From assembly GCF_004010195.1 (NCBI RefSeq), contig NC_057751.1, positions 1,376,363 to 1,440,362 of the forward strand: DNA of 64,000 bases, read 5' to 3'. This stretch comes from Chiloscyllium plagiosum. Lineage: Eukaryota. Below are positions 35,627 through 49,950 of the stretch, piece after piece. Position 1 is the first letter of the stretch. Each line of letters opens with the position of its first letter. Under the pieces are notes generated by a model that saw nothing but the letters and a program-made list of their open reading frames with translations, ran no database searches and had not been told where the DNA came from. Both the position numbers and the translations under genes were made by a program.

Positions 35627-37359
35627 ATTCCCTCAGGATGTGAGTCAACTCATTTCACTTTGAGGGCAAAGCAGGAGCGTCCTATAATTCCTGATGCCAG
35701 CTCAACACGTCAGGAACAAATTTCCAAAAAAAACATGAGAAGCCTGACTGGGTGGCATCATGAATTGACACTCTCAGACATGAAGAACTCTCAATGCACA
35801 CTGACAATATCCATCCCACTGATGAGTGTCAGACTGGGTTTACTCCTCACTACTAACACAGAGCAGTTCCAAAGTGCAGACCCACCAGACATTTGGGTGA
35901 AGGCTCAATCAGTTTCTTATCAGCCTAACGAGTACAAAATCACATTGTGTTTCATCAAAGCAGGAGGGTGTGAAAACCACTTCGAGGCTAACAACACAAT
36001 CCACAGTAATTGGATAAACTTTTCTTTCCAGCCTGTGGCATTTTATTCCATAATTTGGAGATGGCTGGGGGAGGAGGGATTTAATGTGCTGATACGGGAT
36101 TGACTGTCAGTCAGAGATCAATGCATTCCCAATCCACATCCATATAATGTGAACATTCTGCTTTCAAAATTCAAACTGCAGCCAAGCACTCGGGAAGTCA
36201 ATGGAACACTGATTGTATGTTTTGGTTCCTCTCGCCCAGAGACACCGTGATTCTCACTGCAGTGGGAAAGAGATGCTCAGCTGAAAGTGAGGTCAGACTG
36301 AATGGCAAGATCAAAAAGCCAAAACAACTGAGGATGCTGGAAATCAGAAACAAAAACAGAAATTGCTGGAAAAGCTCAGTGGGTCTGGCAGCATTGCTGG
36401 AGAGAAATCAGAGTTAACCTGGCAAATTCACACCCCCTTACCGCTCATGGGGAATGAGGACTGGGGGTATTGGCCTCAGGACACTGGCTAAAACTTTTCC
36501 ACAAATTGGTGAGGTTGGATTTGGTCATCCACCTGAAGAATGAGACGTTCATGTAAGGCCAGCCTACACTGGCCTTGAGAATGTGGTGGTGAGGCTGCCC
36601 CCTTGGACCGCTGCAGATAGTGATGTGTATATAATAGCCACAAGACTGTTACAGAGAGACAGTGAAGGATCAGCGATATATTTCAAAGTGAGGGTGATGA
36701 GTGGGAATGTGGCATGACATCAGAACCACAGCAGAACGGAGGAGGCCCAGGCCCGGTGGCCTTATCGCTGGATTGGTCATCCACAGACCCAGGGAATGTT
36801 CTGGGGAGCCAGGTTCGAATCCTGTCACAGCAGGCAGGTGAACTTGAATTCAGTAAAGAATCTGGAATTAGGAGTCTCATGAAACCCATGAATCCATTGT
36901 TGAAAAAAACTCATTGGGAAGGAATCGGCCACCCTTACCTGGTCTGGCCTACGTGTGACTCCCGTCCCACAGCCAATGTAGTTGACTCTGAACTTGTCCC
37001 TGGGCAATTAGGGACGGGCACTAAATACCGGCCTGGCCAGTGATGCCCTCACCCGGTGAATGAATAAAATATTCCCATGTCAGTCTTTGAGACTGGCGGC
37101 TGCAGTCTCAAATTTCTTTTCTTGTGATCCACTATCAAGATGATTTTCCATAACCACCTGTATGTTGAAATCTCCCATGATTACTGTAAGGATACTGTTT
37201 TTTATATTTCTCTTTTCTATCTCCTGATGTATTTCCTTTCCCACTGCTTACAGGCCTGTACATGACTTCAATCAGAGTTTTGCTCAGACATTCCTCAACT
37301 CAACTCACAAAGATTCGACACTTACTAATGCCATATCATTTCTTGCTTTCGATTTAATC

Positions 37360-37975
37360 GCCACCCAGGTTGATAGGGTTGTTAAGAAAGCATATGATGT
37401 GTTGGTGTTTATTGGTAGGGGGAATGAGTTTCAGAGCCATGAGGTCATGCTTCAGCTGTACAAGACACTGCTAAGGCCATACCTGGAGTATTGTGTATAG
37501 TTCTGGTCACCGCATTATAGGAAGGATGTGGAAGCTTTGGAAAAGGTTCAGAGGAGATTTACTAGGATGTTACCTGGTATGGAGGGAAGGTCTTATGATG
37601 AAAGGTTGAGAGGTGACTTAATTGAGACGTATAAGATAATCAGAGAGGTAGATATGGTGGACAGGGAGAGCCTTTTTCCTCAGATGGTGAAGGCTAGCAT
37701 GGGGGACATAGCTTTAAGTTAAGGGGTGATAGATTGAGGACAGATATTAGGGGTAATTTCTTTACTTAGAGAGTAGTAGGGTCGTGGAATGGCCTGCCTG
37801 CAACAGTAATAGACTCACCGATGTTAAGGGCATTTAAATGGGCATTGGGCATACATTTGGATAATAATAGAATGGTGTCGGTTAGATGGGCATCAGATTA
37901 ATTTCACAGGTTGGTGTAACATCAAGAGCTGAAGGGCCTCCACTGCGCTGTAATGTTCTATGTTCGATGATCTAT
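37360..37975 (+). mobile_element. CR1 3' fragment
   Basis: LEKVQRRFTRMLPGM..RGDLIETYKII; tail gaagggcctccactgcgctgtaatgttctatgttc. Confidence 0.85.
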
Positions 37976-38399
37976 GTTGTAATTTTCATTCTCATTGACA
38001 AGGTGACACAGCCCCCCACCCCCACCCCAGTCTGCCCACCCACCTGTTCTTTTGATAGGATGTGTATCCTTGAATATTTCATTCCCAGCCCCAATTCCCT
38101 TGCAGCAGCGTGTCTCTGTGATACCCACAACCTGCCGATTTTAAGCTGACCTACAAGCACATACTGTGTGCATTCAAGTCCAACACGCTCGGTCCTGCAA
38201 TGAATGCCCCCGTCTCAGAGTGGTCCCCTCATCTGCTGTGCCAGAAGTTAGATTCCTGACTCTTTCCATCCTCTCTGTCTGATTATTGTTTCTGGAAACT
38301 TGAATAACCTCTGTCGAGACCTCTCCACCTTTAACTTTTTCCAGAATTTTCCACACAATTGAAACCACCCTTCCTGGTCCAGCTACATTGACGAAACAG

Positions 38400-38945
38400 T
38401 TTAGAAAGTAGAACAATGCCTCTACCTCCTCAAGAGGGTCAGGAAATTCAGCGTGTCCACAAAGACTCTGATCAATTTTTAGAGGTGTACCGTAGAAAGC
38501 AACCTATCTGGATCCATCCCAGCCTGGTATGGCAACTGATCTGCAAGAAACTACAGAGAGTTGTGAGCACAGCCCAGTCCACCAACAAACCTGCCCTCCA
38601 TCCATTGTCTCCATCTATACTTCCTGCTGACCCGGGAAAGCAACCAACATTATCCTAGCCAAGTGTTACTCTCTTCCACACTCTCTGTTTGGGCAGAAGA
38701 TACACAAGTTTGAATAAACGTATGGACAGATTCAACAACAGCTTCTTCCCCTCTGTAATCAGACTTTTGAATAAACCTCTCAAATGTTAATGTTGGTCTC
38801 TCTCTCTGCACCTTCTCTGCAGCTGTAATACTGTATTCTGCACTCTGTTCTGCTACCCTGGTGCACCTGCCTGTAGAGCACACAAAACAACACTTTTCAC
38901 TGTATCCTGGTACATGTAACAACAGTAAGTCAACCATTCAATGAA
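38400..38945 (+). mobile_element. Rex1/Babar-type LINE 3' remnant
   Basis: Translates to EQCLYLLKRVRKFSVSTKTLINF*RCTVES, resembling the Rex1/Babar C-terminal QRLYFLRKLRKF..LTNFYRCTIES motif; later RFNNSFFPSVIRLLN. Confidence 0.65.
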
Positions 38946-40861
38946 GTCCAAGCTGTAGCCCTTGTTATGTGATTCACCAGGATGGTTGGCCCCAGAATGC
39001 TCCAGGTAGAACCTGTCCCATTGGAACAGCTCCCTCCTTCCCCAGTACTGGTGCCAATGTCCCATACGTTTGAACCCATTTCTCCTACCCCAATCTTTGA
39101 GCTATATATTTCCCTCTTTAATGTTGGAAGGCGCACCCCTCCTACACCAGGATGTAGTCCAACAGGTTGATTAGAATCCCAAGTTTTCGGAGCTTGTGCC
39201 TCTGTGTCAATGCGGTCATGCCCCAGGTAGTAATCCAGAGGCTATTTCATTTTGTTGTTCTGGGTTTCAGTTCAGCTCCTCGCTGCTCATATTCCCCGCA
39301 GCTAAACCTCTTCCTTTATTCGAACTCGATCATTGTTACCGATGTGGACCACGAGAACATTCCTCTCACACTCCAAGTTTCACTCCAGGTGAGATGAGAT
39401 ATCCTGAACCCAAGCACCAGGCAGGTAACACAACCCTGGGGAGTGTGGCCACATTGAACAGCGACTGTACAATCCCTGATGGCAATGAGATTTCTCTCCC
39501 CCCTTGTATACTACGGAGCTATGGTCAATTTACCGACCGCCCAACCGAGGACGAGCTGACATGGGAACCGCATTAATGTTGATCCAGAAAGAGGGGAACA
39601 TGAAGCTTCTTGCTGAAGTCACTGATCTTTAGCCATATGGAGGTGCTGGAGAAAATGGGTACATGATTCACACACTTAAAACAAAACCAGACCTGAGCGT
39701 CGAATGGTCTGGGAATGTGTGGACATGGTGGAGCCCTGTACTGTCAGACTGAGCGGCGTTGTTCTAAGAGCAACGACGACCCAAGAATGTACTGTGAAAG
39801 GTGGACCTCAACACCTTGAAGGCACACCTTCCATTAATGCGGGAAAGCTCGAGGCTGGTCCCATTCCACTGGGGGCTGAGTGGTCGTGGTCTGATGGCTA
39901 TGATTGTGACCTTGAGAATGATCTGTAACAAACTCCTGCCAAGATTCATGCTGCTGAATCCTGCCTGATGTCCACCAGCAGCAAGCAGCACAAAGACAAT
40001 CGATGGCTTTTGAAAACCATACCCCTCCCAATGTCTTCAGAAGGCGAGCCTAGACTTGAACACTTTCTTATTTACAAGGTAAGTCTAAGGTTGCATTCGA
40101 TTGGTCAAACTATCGACGCTTAGCAAAACACAATTTATTTTTACACGACAGCTAAAATACAGACAAAATAAAAATCAAAGAATTGCCTTAATTACAACTC
40201 AAAATACTTAAAATAATCAGCTACTCATGAACTGTTCCAATATAGTTACATCCCACAGACAGAGCCTTTGCAAAGGCAAGTTCAGTAAAATAGATTGTCT
40301 CACATGTAATTCCAGTAACAGGAAGAGATTCTCAGCTTTTAGCCGTTAAGAGAGAGAGGAATACAGGCTTCCACATCCAGCTACAAGATCCCAGCAACTG
40401 CAACAGAAAGCTAAAACTGTAAATCCTGGTTCTGTGGGAGCTTGAGCCCATCCCTTCAGGCTGCTTCTATTGTTCCAACTTTAAAAACAACCAGTCCCAC
40501 CTGGTGCCTGTGTCTCAACCTTTCTTCATAAGAAAATCCAGGCTGAGAAAACACCTCTTCAAGCCATAGTATGGTCACAAACCTCACTTTCCTCTCGCTG
40601 TACCCAGTGAGAGTTCACACGCAGACCAGGAGGAAGAAAGCAATTGCACCTCACACTTTGGAGTGCCCCTAACCGAGTTGGGACGTTTGACACGGAGGCA
40701 TAGCTGGCATCGGGCTTACTGTGAGGCAACTCTGCCAAGTCACTCCTTGAGCAGGAGGGCACTGTAAATGTGTCACCACCCTCCCTCCCCCACCTCGCCA
40801 GTGCCCCAGAAAAGGCCCCTCGGTATCAGTCAGAATACAACAGTTTCAAAGTCTGATTTAT

Positions 40862-41462
40862 TGGACAGAGTATTGGGTACAGGAGTTGGGAGGTCATGTT
40901 GTGGCTGTACAGGACATTGGTTAGGCCACTTTTGGAAGACTGCGTACAATTCTGGTCGCCTATCTATCGGAAAGATGTTGTGAAACTTGAAAGGATTCAG
41001 AAAAGATTTACAAGGATGTTGCCAGGGTTGGTGGATTTGAACTATAGGGAGAGGCTGAACAGGCTGGGGCTGTTTTCCCTGGAGCGGAGGCTGAGAGGTG
41101 ACCTTATAGAGGTTTATAACATTATGAGGGGCATAGATAGGATAAATAGACAAAGTCTTTTCCCTGGGGCCGGGGAGTCCAGAACTAGAGGGCATAGGTT
41201 TAGGGTGAGAGGGGAAAGATATAAAAGAGACCTAAGAGGCAGCTTTTTCACACAGAGGGTGGTACGTGTATGGAATAAGCTGCCAGAGGATGTGGTGGAG
41301 GCTGGTACAATTGCAACATTTAAGAGGCATTTGGATGGGTATATAAATAGGAAGGATTTGGAGGGATATGGGCCGGGTGCTGGCAGGTGGGCTGAGTTTA
41401 GTTTGGGATAATGGTTGGGCTGAAGGGTCTGTTTCTGTGCTGTCTGACTCGGTGACTTTATG
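40862..41462 (+). mobile_element. Relatively young CR1 3' end (171-aa open ORF2 C-terminus)
   Basis: ORF 40896-41411 plus 3' tail. Confidence 0.92.
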
Positions 41463-41519
41463 AAAAGGTGAATGCTTCTACCTTCCAGCTAGGCTTTCCA
41501 AACCAAACACCATCACTGT

Positions 41520-41775
41520 CTTAAAGGTCAAGGGGCTGCAGATGGATAGGAACACCGTCCTCTGCTAGTTCCCCTCTGAGCCACTCTCCATCCTGACTTG
41601 GAAAGATATCACTGTTCCATCACTGTCACTGGGTCAGAATCCTGGGATCCCCTCCCTAAGGGGCCGGTGGACTGCAGCGGTTCAAGAAGGCAGCTCACCC
41701 CCACCTTCTCAAGGGGCAACTAGGGACGGGCAATAAATGCTGGGTCCAGCTGATATTGCACATGAGTAAATAAAG
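41520..41775 (+). mobile_element. Dispersed retroposon 3' end (L2/CR1-group-like)
   Basis: aaggcagctcacccccaccttctc(a/g)aggggcaactagggac..gcaataaatgctggg recurs at 62320-62570 and partly at 23130-23250, 36980-37070 and 17760-17830 (-). Confidence 0.7.
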
Positions 41776-42287
41776 CAAAAGCCCAGGGGATTGCGAAGAG
41801 GATGACCCGAAAAAGCAGGTGGGAAGTGCACATTTTTGACTGCTGGTTGCTTCCTTTCCAGTTCACTGAGATAAGTGTGAGGGGGAGTGTGGTCTCCAAA
41901 GAAGGCACTGTTTTTAATTACTCTTCGGGGAATGTGGTGATTCCAGTTTGTGTCCCTGGGATCAAATCGCTTCTTCAAGGGGATTCCTGATAGATCACAG
42001 CGACCGCCTGAAATAGCCAGACTGGCTGCAGGAACTGCACATCAGTAGCAATGCAAGGCAAAGAGGGGGAAAAAAACTGACAGAGCGCAACTTGAAAAGG
42101 AGTCTGTCCCAAAAAAGGGAGAAATACAACAGAGAAGCAGTTGTCACAAGCCTCTCCTTCTGATTCCTCTCTGCCCCAGTATCTCTCCGGGTCAGTGTGC
42201 AGTGAGCCCTGACTGAGGGAGATGGGCAGGTTGGTTAGGGTTCCTGCTCTGGGGAAGGAAGGGGAGACAGGGTCAGACCGAATGCCC

Positions 42288-42322
<35 letters not shown>

Positions 42323-42799
42323 GAGTGGCTGGTGTTTCTCTGACTGCACCCCCGAGCTTCTCTGTGAACCTTGGAGCCCGACATCAGCCCTGTACGTGAC
42401 AAGGAGGCTGAAGCTGGGGCAGCGTTTGTGGAAATTGGAGTCACTCCTCAGGAATTTGCAGTCCCTGATCGGAACAGCCTGAAGTCCGAGCCCTAGCCCA
42501 CTCCACTGGCTTGCAGCATACAAAAGGCTCCCATTACAATGGCTGCCAGACCCATTCCCCAAACTGGAAGGTATTCTGTTCCCAGGCCTGGTGATGGAAT
42601 GACGTCAGGGGGATAATCCTGACTTAGCGGCAGCAGTTTGATCACAGTACTCTGGGCAGTGGCTGTTCCCTCTGTATGATTTACACATTTCATTGCGACA
42701 GGACACCTGTCTGTGGCTAGTCACTCAGATGTCATTTATACAGACCCTTGAAGAACCACTTCACTGCGATGTAAATTATCCCTGATGGCAATGTACCCT

Positions 42800-43700
42800 T
42801 CATTGGTCAGTCCTTTGAGTATAGGGGTTGGGACGTCATGCTGAGGGTGGACAGGATGTTGGTGAGGTCATAGAGTCATACTCAGTGAATCATACAGCAC
42901 GGAAACAGACCCTTCGGTCCAACTGGTCAGTGCTGGGCATCATCCCAAATGAAACTCGTCCCCACCTGTTCTCACAAGGACATGATGAAGCTGGACAGAG
43001 TTCAGAGAAGATGCACCAGCATGTTGCTGGGGAAGGATGGTCTGAGTTAAACAGAACAACTGGACAGGTTGGGACTTTTCTGACACGTGGGTAGGAAGTT
43101 GAGAGGTGACGTTATCGAAGTTTTATAAAATCATGAGGGGTATGGATAGAGTTAATGGGAGGGATCTTTCCTTCAGGATGAGGATTTCAAAAGTAAGGGG
43201 CACATTCTTAAGGTGAGAGGAGAGAGAAACTAGAGGCAATGTTTTAACAGAGGGTGGCTCATGTGTGGAATGAATTCCCAGAGGAAGTGACGGATGTGGA
43301 TTCATTTACAGGACATTTCGATAGATACATGAATAGGAAAGGGTTGGAGGGGTAAGGGCCAGGAGCAGGCAGGTGGGACTAGGTCAGTTTGGGATTATGG
43401 TCAGCACAGTCCAGAACGAGAGGGTGGAGGTTTAGGGTGAGAGGGGAAAGAAACAAATGGGACAGACGGGACAACTTTTTCACACAGAGGGTGGTGCGTG
43501 TATGGAATGAGCTGCCAGAGGAAGTGGTGGAGGCTGGGACAATTGCAACATTTAAAAGGCATTTGGATGGGTATATGAATAGGAAGGGTTTAGAGGGATA
43601 TGGGCCGGGTGCTGGCAGGTGGGACTAGATTGGGTTGGGATAGTTGGTCGGCATGGTAAGGTTGGACCGAAGGGTCTGTGTCCGTGCTGTACATCTCTAT
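42800..43700 (+). mobile_element. Stack of CR1 fragments; the last one (about 43410-43700) runs into the satellite
   Basis: [39 protein letters not shown] short minus-strand CR1 tail is nested at about 42868-42970. Confidence 0.88.
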
Positions 43701-43709
43701 GACGTTTTG

Positions 43710-46700
43710 ACGGGATGGACCGAAGGGTCTGTTTCCGTGCTGTACATCTCCATGACTTTATGACGGGATGGACCGAAGGGTCTGTGTCCGTGCTGTACAT
43801 CTCCATGACGGGATGGACCGAAGGGTCTGTGTCCGTGCTGTACATCTCTATGACTTTATGACGGGATGGACCGAAGGGTCTGTTTCCGTGCTGTACATCT
43901 CAATGACGGGATGGACCGAAGGGTCTGTGTCCGTGCTGTACATCTCAATGACGGGATGGACCGAAGGGTCTGTGTCCGTGCTGTACATCTCAATGACGGG
44001 ATGGACCGAAGGGTCTGTGTCCGTGCTGTACATCTCAATGACGGGATGGACCGAAGGGTCTGTGTCCGTGCTGTACATCTCAATGACGGGATGGACCGAA
44101 GGGTCTGTGTCCGTGCTGTACATCTCAATGACGGGATGGACCGAAGGGTCTGTGTCCGTGCTGTACATCTCAATGACGGGATGGACCGAAGGGTCTGTGT
44201 CCGTGCTGTACATCTCAATGACGGGATGGACCGAAGGGTCTGTGTCCGTGCTGTACATCTCAATGACGGGATGGACCGAAGGGTCTGTGTCCGTGCTGTA
44301 CATCTCAATGACGGGATGGACCGAAGGGTCTGTGTCCGTGCTGTACATCTCAATGACGGGATGGACCGAAGGGTCTGTGTCCGTGCTGTACATCTCAATG
44401 ACGGGATGGACCGAAGGGTCTGTGTCCGTGCTGTACATCTCCATGACTTTATGACGGGATGGACCGAAGGGTCTGTGTCCGTGCTGTACATCTCCATGAC
44501 TTTATGACGGGATGGACCGAAGGGTCTGTGTCCGTGCTGTACATCTCCATGACTTTATGACGGGATGGACCGAAGGGTCTGTGTCCGTGCTGTACATCTC
44601 CATGACTTTATGACGGGATGGACCGAAGGGTCTGTGTCCGTGCTGTACATCTCCATGACTTTATGACGGGATGGACCGAAGGGTCTGTGTCCGTGCTGTA
44701 CATCTCCATGACTTTATGACGGGATGGACCGAAGGGTCTGTGTCCGTGCTGTACATCTCCATGACTTTATGACGGGATGGACCGAAGGGTCTGTGTCCGT
44801 GCTGTACATCTCCATGACTTTATGACGGGATGGACCGAAGGGTCTGTGTCCGTGCTGTACATCTCCATGACTTTATGACGGGATGGACCGAAGGGTCTGT
44901 GTCCGTGCTGTACATCTCCATGACTTTATGACGGGATGGACCGAAGGGTCTGTGTCCGTGCTGTACATCTCCATGACTTTATGACGGGATGGACCGAAGG
45001 GTCTGTGTCCGTGCTGTACATCTCCATGACTTTATGACGGGATGGACCGAAGGGTCTGTGTCCGTGCTGTACATCTCCATGACTTTATGACGGGATGGAC
45101 CGAAGGGTCTGTGTCCGTGCTGTACATCTCCATGACTTTATGACGGGATGGACCGAAGGGTCTGTGTCCGTGCTGTACATCTCCATGACTTTATGACGGG
45201 ATGGACCGAAGGGTCTGTGTCCGTGCTGTACATCTCCATGACTTTATGACGGGATGGACCGAAGGGTCTGTGTCCGTGCTGTACATCTCCATGACTTTAT
45301 GACGGGATGGACCGAAGGGTCTGTGTCCGTGCTGTACATCTCCATGACTTTATGACGGGATGGACCGAAGGGTCTGTGTCCGTGCTGTACATCTCCATGA
45401 CTTTATGACGGGATGGACCGAAGGGTCTGTGTCCGTGCTGTACATCTCCATGACTTTATGACGGGATGGACCGAAGGGTCTGTGTCCGTGCTGTACATCT
45501 CCATGACTTTATGACGGGATGGACCGAAGGGTCTGTGTCCGTGCTGTACATCTCCATGACTTTATGACGGGATGGACCGAAGGGTCTGTGTCCGTGCTGT
45601 ACATCTCCATGACTTTATGACGGGATGGACCGAAGGGTCTGTGTCCGTGCTGTACATCTCCATGACTTTATGACGGGATGGACCGAAGGGTCTGTGTCCG
45701 TGCTGTACATCTCCATGACTTTATGACGGGATGGACCGAAGGGTCTGTGTCCGTGCTGTACATCTCCATGACTTTATGACGGGATGGACCGAAGGGTCTG
45801 TGTCCGTGCTGTACATCTCCATGACTTTATGACGGGATGGACCGAAGGGTCTGTGTCCGTGCTGTACATCTCCATGACTTTATGACGGGATGGACCGAAG
45901 GGTCTGTGTCCGTGCTGTACATCTCCATGACTTTATGACGGGATGGACCGAAGGGTCTGTGTCCGTGCTGTACATCTCCATGACTTTATGACGGGATGGA
46001 CCGAAGGGTCTGTGTCCGTGCTGTACATCTCCATGACTTTATGACGGGATGGACCGAAGGGTCTGTGTCCGTGCTGTACATCTCCATGACTTTATGACGG
46101 GATGGACCGAAGGGTCTGTGTCCGTGCTGTACATCTCCATGACTTTATGACGGGATGGACCGAAGGGTCTGTGTCCGTGCTGTACATCTCCATGACTTTA
46201 TGACGGGATGGACCGAAGGGTCTGTGTCCGTGCTGTACATCTCCATGACTTTATGACGGGATGGACCGAAGGGTCTGTGTCCGTGCTGTACATCTCCATG
46301 ACTTTATGACGGGATGGACCGAAGGGTCTGTGTCCGTGCTGTACATCTCCATGACTTTATGACGGGATGGACCGAAGGGTCTGTGTCCGTGCTGTACATC
46401 TCCATGACTTTATGACGGGATGGACCGAAGGGTCTGTGTCCGTGCTGTACATCTCCATGACTTTATGACGGGATGGACCGAAGGGTCTGTGTCCGTGCTG
46501 TACATCTCCATGACTTTATGACGGGATGGACCGAAGGGTCTGTGTCCGTGCTGTACATCTCCATGACTTTATGACGGGATGGACCGAAGGGTCTGTGTCC
46601 GTGCTGTACATCTCCATGACTTTATGACGGGATGGACCGAAGGGTCTGTGTCCGTGCTGTACATCTCCATGACTTTATGACGGGATGGACCGAAGGGTCT

Positions 46701-49519
46701 GTGTCCGTGCTGTACATCTCCATGACTTTATGACGGGATGGACCGAAGGGTCTGTGTCCGTGCTGTACATCTCCATGACTTTATGACGGGATGGACCGAA
46801 GGGTCTGTGTCCGTGCTGTACATCTCCATGACTTTATGACGGGATGGACCGAAGGGTCTGTGTCCGTGCTGTACATCTCCATGACTTTATGACGGGATGG
46901 ACCGAAGGGTCTGTGTCCGTGCTGTACATCTCCATGACTTTATGACGGGATGGACCGAAGGGTCTGTGTCCGTGCTGTACATCTCCATGACTTTATGACG
47001 GGATGGACCGAAGGGTCTGTGTCCGTGCTGTACATCTCCATGACTTTATGACGGGATGGACCGAAGGGTCTGTGTCCGTGCTGTACATCTCCATGACTTT
47101 ATGACGGGATGGACCGAAGGGTCTGTGTCCGTGCTGTACATCTCCATGACTTTATGACGGGATGGACCGAAGGGTCTGTGTCCGTGCTGTACATCTCCAT
47201 GACTTTATGACGGGATGGACCGAAGGGTCTGTGTCCGTGCTGTACATCTCCATGACTTTATGACGGGATGGACCGAAGGGTCTGTGTCCGTGCTGTACAT
47301 CTCCATGACTTTATGACGGGATGGACCGAAGGGTCTGTGTCCGTGCTGTACATCTCCATGACTTTATGACGGGATGGACCGAAGGGTCTGTGTCCGTGCT
47401 GTACATCTCCATGACTTTATGACGGGATGGACCGAAGGGTCTGTGTCCGTGCTGTACATCTCCATGACTTTATGACGGGATGGACCGAAGGGTCTGTGTC
47501 CGTGCTGTACATCTCCATGACTTTATGACGGGATGGACCGAAGGGTCTGTGTCCGTGCTGTACATCTCCATGACTTTATGACGGGATGGACCGAAGGGTC
47601 TGTGTCCGTGCTGTACATCTCCATGACTTTATGACGGGATGGACCGAAGGGTCTGTGTCCGTGCTGTACATCTCCATGACTTTATGACGGGATGGACCGA
47701 AGGGTCTGTGTCCGTGCTGTACATCTCCATGACTTTATGACGGGATGGACCGAAGGGTCTGTGTCCGTGCTGTACATCTCCATGACTTTATGACGGGATG
47801 GACCGAAGGGTCTGTGTCCGTGCTGTACATCTCCATGACTTTATGACGGGATGGACCGAAGGGTCTGTGTCCGTGCTGTACATCTCCATGACTTTATGAC
47901 GGGATGGACCGAAGGGTCTGTGTCCGTGCTGTACATCTCCATGACTTTATGACGGGATGGACCGAAGGGTCTGTGTCCGTGCTGTACATCTCCATGACTT
48001 TATGACGGGATGGACCGAAGGGTCTGTGTCCGTGCTGTACATCTCCATGACTTTATGACGGGATGGACCGAAGGGTCTGTGTCCGTGCTGTACATCTCCA
48101 TGACTTTATGACGGGATGGACCGAAGGGTCTGTGTCCGTGCTGTACATCTCCATGACTTTATGACGGGATGGACCGAAGGGTCTGTGTCCGTGCTGTACA
48201 TCTCCATGACTTTATGACGGGATGGACCGAAGGGTCTGTGTCCGTGCTGTACATCTCCATGACTTTATGACGGGATGGACCGAAGGGTCTGTGTCCGTGC
48301 TGTACATCTCCATGACTTTATGACGGGATGGACCGAAGGGTCTGTGTCCGTGCTGTACATCTCCATGACTTTATGACGGGATGGACCGAAGGGTCTGTGT
48401 CCGTGCTGTACATCTCCATGACTTTATGACGGGATGGACCGAAGGGTCTGTGTCCGTGCTGTACATCTCCATGACTTTATGACGGGATGGACCGAAGGGT
48501 CTGTGTCCGTGCTGTACATCTCCATGACTTTATGACGGGATGGACCGAAGGGTCTGTGTCCGTGCTGTACATCTCCATGACTTTATGACGGGATGGACCG
48601 AAGGGTCTGTGTCCGTGCTGTACATCTCCATGACTTTATGACGGGATGGACCGAAGGGTCTGTGTCCGTGCTGTACATCTCCATGACTTTATGACGGGAT
48701 GGACCGAAGGGTCTGTGTCCGTGCTGTACATCTCCATGACTTTATGACGGGATGGACCGAAGGGTCTGTGTCCGTGCTGTACATCTCCATGACTTTATGA
48801 CGGGATGGACCGAAGGGTCTGTGTCCGTGCTGTACATCTCCATGACTTTATGACGGGATGGACCGAAGGGTCTGTGTCCGTGCTGTACATCTCCATGACT
48901 TTATGACGGGATGGACCGAAGGGTCTGTGTCCGTGCTGTACATCTCCATGACTTTATGACGGGATGGACCGAAGGGTCTGTGTCCGTGCTGTACATCTCC
49001 ATGACTTTATGACGGGATGGACCGAAGGGTCTGTGTCCGTGCTGTACATCTCCATGACTTTATGACGGGATGGACCGAAGGGTCTGTGTCCGTGCTGTAC
49101 ATCTCCATGACTTTATGACGGGATGGACCGAAGGGTCTGTGTCCGTGCTGTACATCTCCATGACTTTATGACGGGATGGACCGAAGGGTCTGTGTCCGTG
49201 CTGTACATCTCCATGACTTTATGACGGGATGGACCGAAGGGTCTGTGTCCGTGCTGTACATCTCCATGACTTTATGACGGGATGGACCGAAGGGTCTGTG
49301 TCCGTGCTGTACATCTCCATGACTTTATGACGGGATGGACCGAAGGGTCTGTGTCCGTGCTGTACATCTCCATGACTTTATGACGGGATGGACCGAAGGG
49401 TCTGTGTCCGTGCTGTACATCTCCATGACTTTATGACGGGATGGACCGAAGGGTCTGTGTCCGTGCTGTACATCTCCATGACTTTATGACGGGATGGACC
49501 GAAGGGTCTGTGTCCGTGC
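43710..49519 (+). repeat. Tandem array of CR1 3'-tail units: 3 mixed units, 12 x 45 bp (43861-44400), 96 x 53 bp (44401-49488), one partial unit
   Basis: 53-mer ACGGGATGGACCGAAGGGTCTGTGTCCGTGCTGTACATCTCCATGACTTTATG; the 45-mer lacks the last 8 nt; (49489-44401)/53 = 96 exactly. Confidence 0.97.
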
Positions 49520-49950
49520 CCTCCCTCTCTCCCTCCCTCCCTCTCTCTCTCTTCCTCTCCCCCCCTCTCTCTCTCCCTCCCTCTCTCCCTCCCTCCCTCC
49601 CTCTCCCTCTCTCTCCCTCTGTCCCTCCCTCTCTCTCCCTCTCAGCCCCTTCTCTGCCACTCCCACCAGGTCCAGATGTCCATGGCTAGGCCAACATTCC
49701 CATGGTGTGTGGACTCTGTAGCCACAGCCTCTCTTGCTGACTGACTGTGAGGGGGGGGGGGGGGGGGGGGGAACCCCAGCTCCAATACTGGGTTCGACAC
49801 CAAAGGGGATCGGGTGCAATGCAGGGGTTGTGAGTGTGAGTGTGTGTGTTTGAGAGTGTGCGTGTATGACTGTGTGTGTTTGTCTGTGAGTGTGTGTATG
49901 GGTGTGAGTGTGTATGTGCCTGTGTGTGTATGTGTGTGTGTGTTTGTCTG
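49520..49950. repeat. CT-rich tract, poly-G run and (TG)n low-complexity sequence
   Basis: Seen directly. Confidence 0.9.

Noticed and set aside
43710..49519. CRISPR-like array, or repeat-protein ORFs (43768-44507)
   Set aside because: Units are contiguous and identical with no unique spacers, and there are no cas genes in this eukaryotic context. The ORFs arise only because the 45-bp unit is a stop-free multiple of three.
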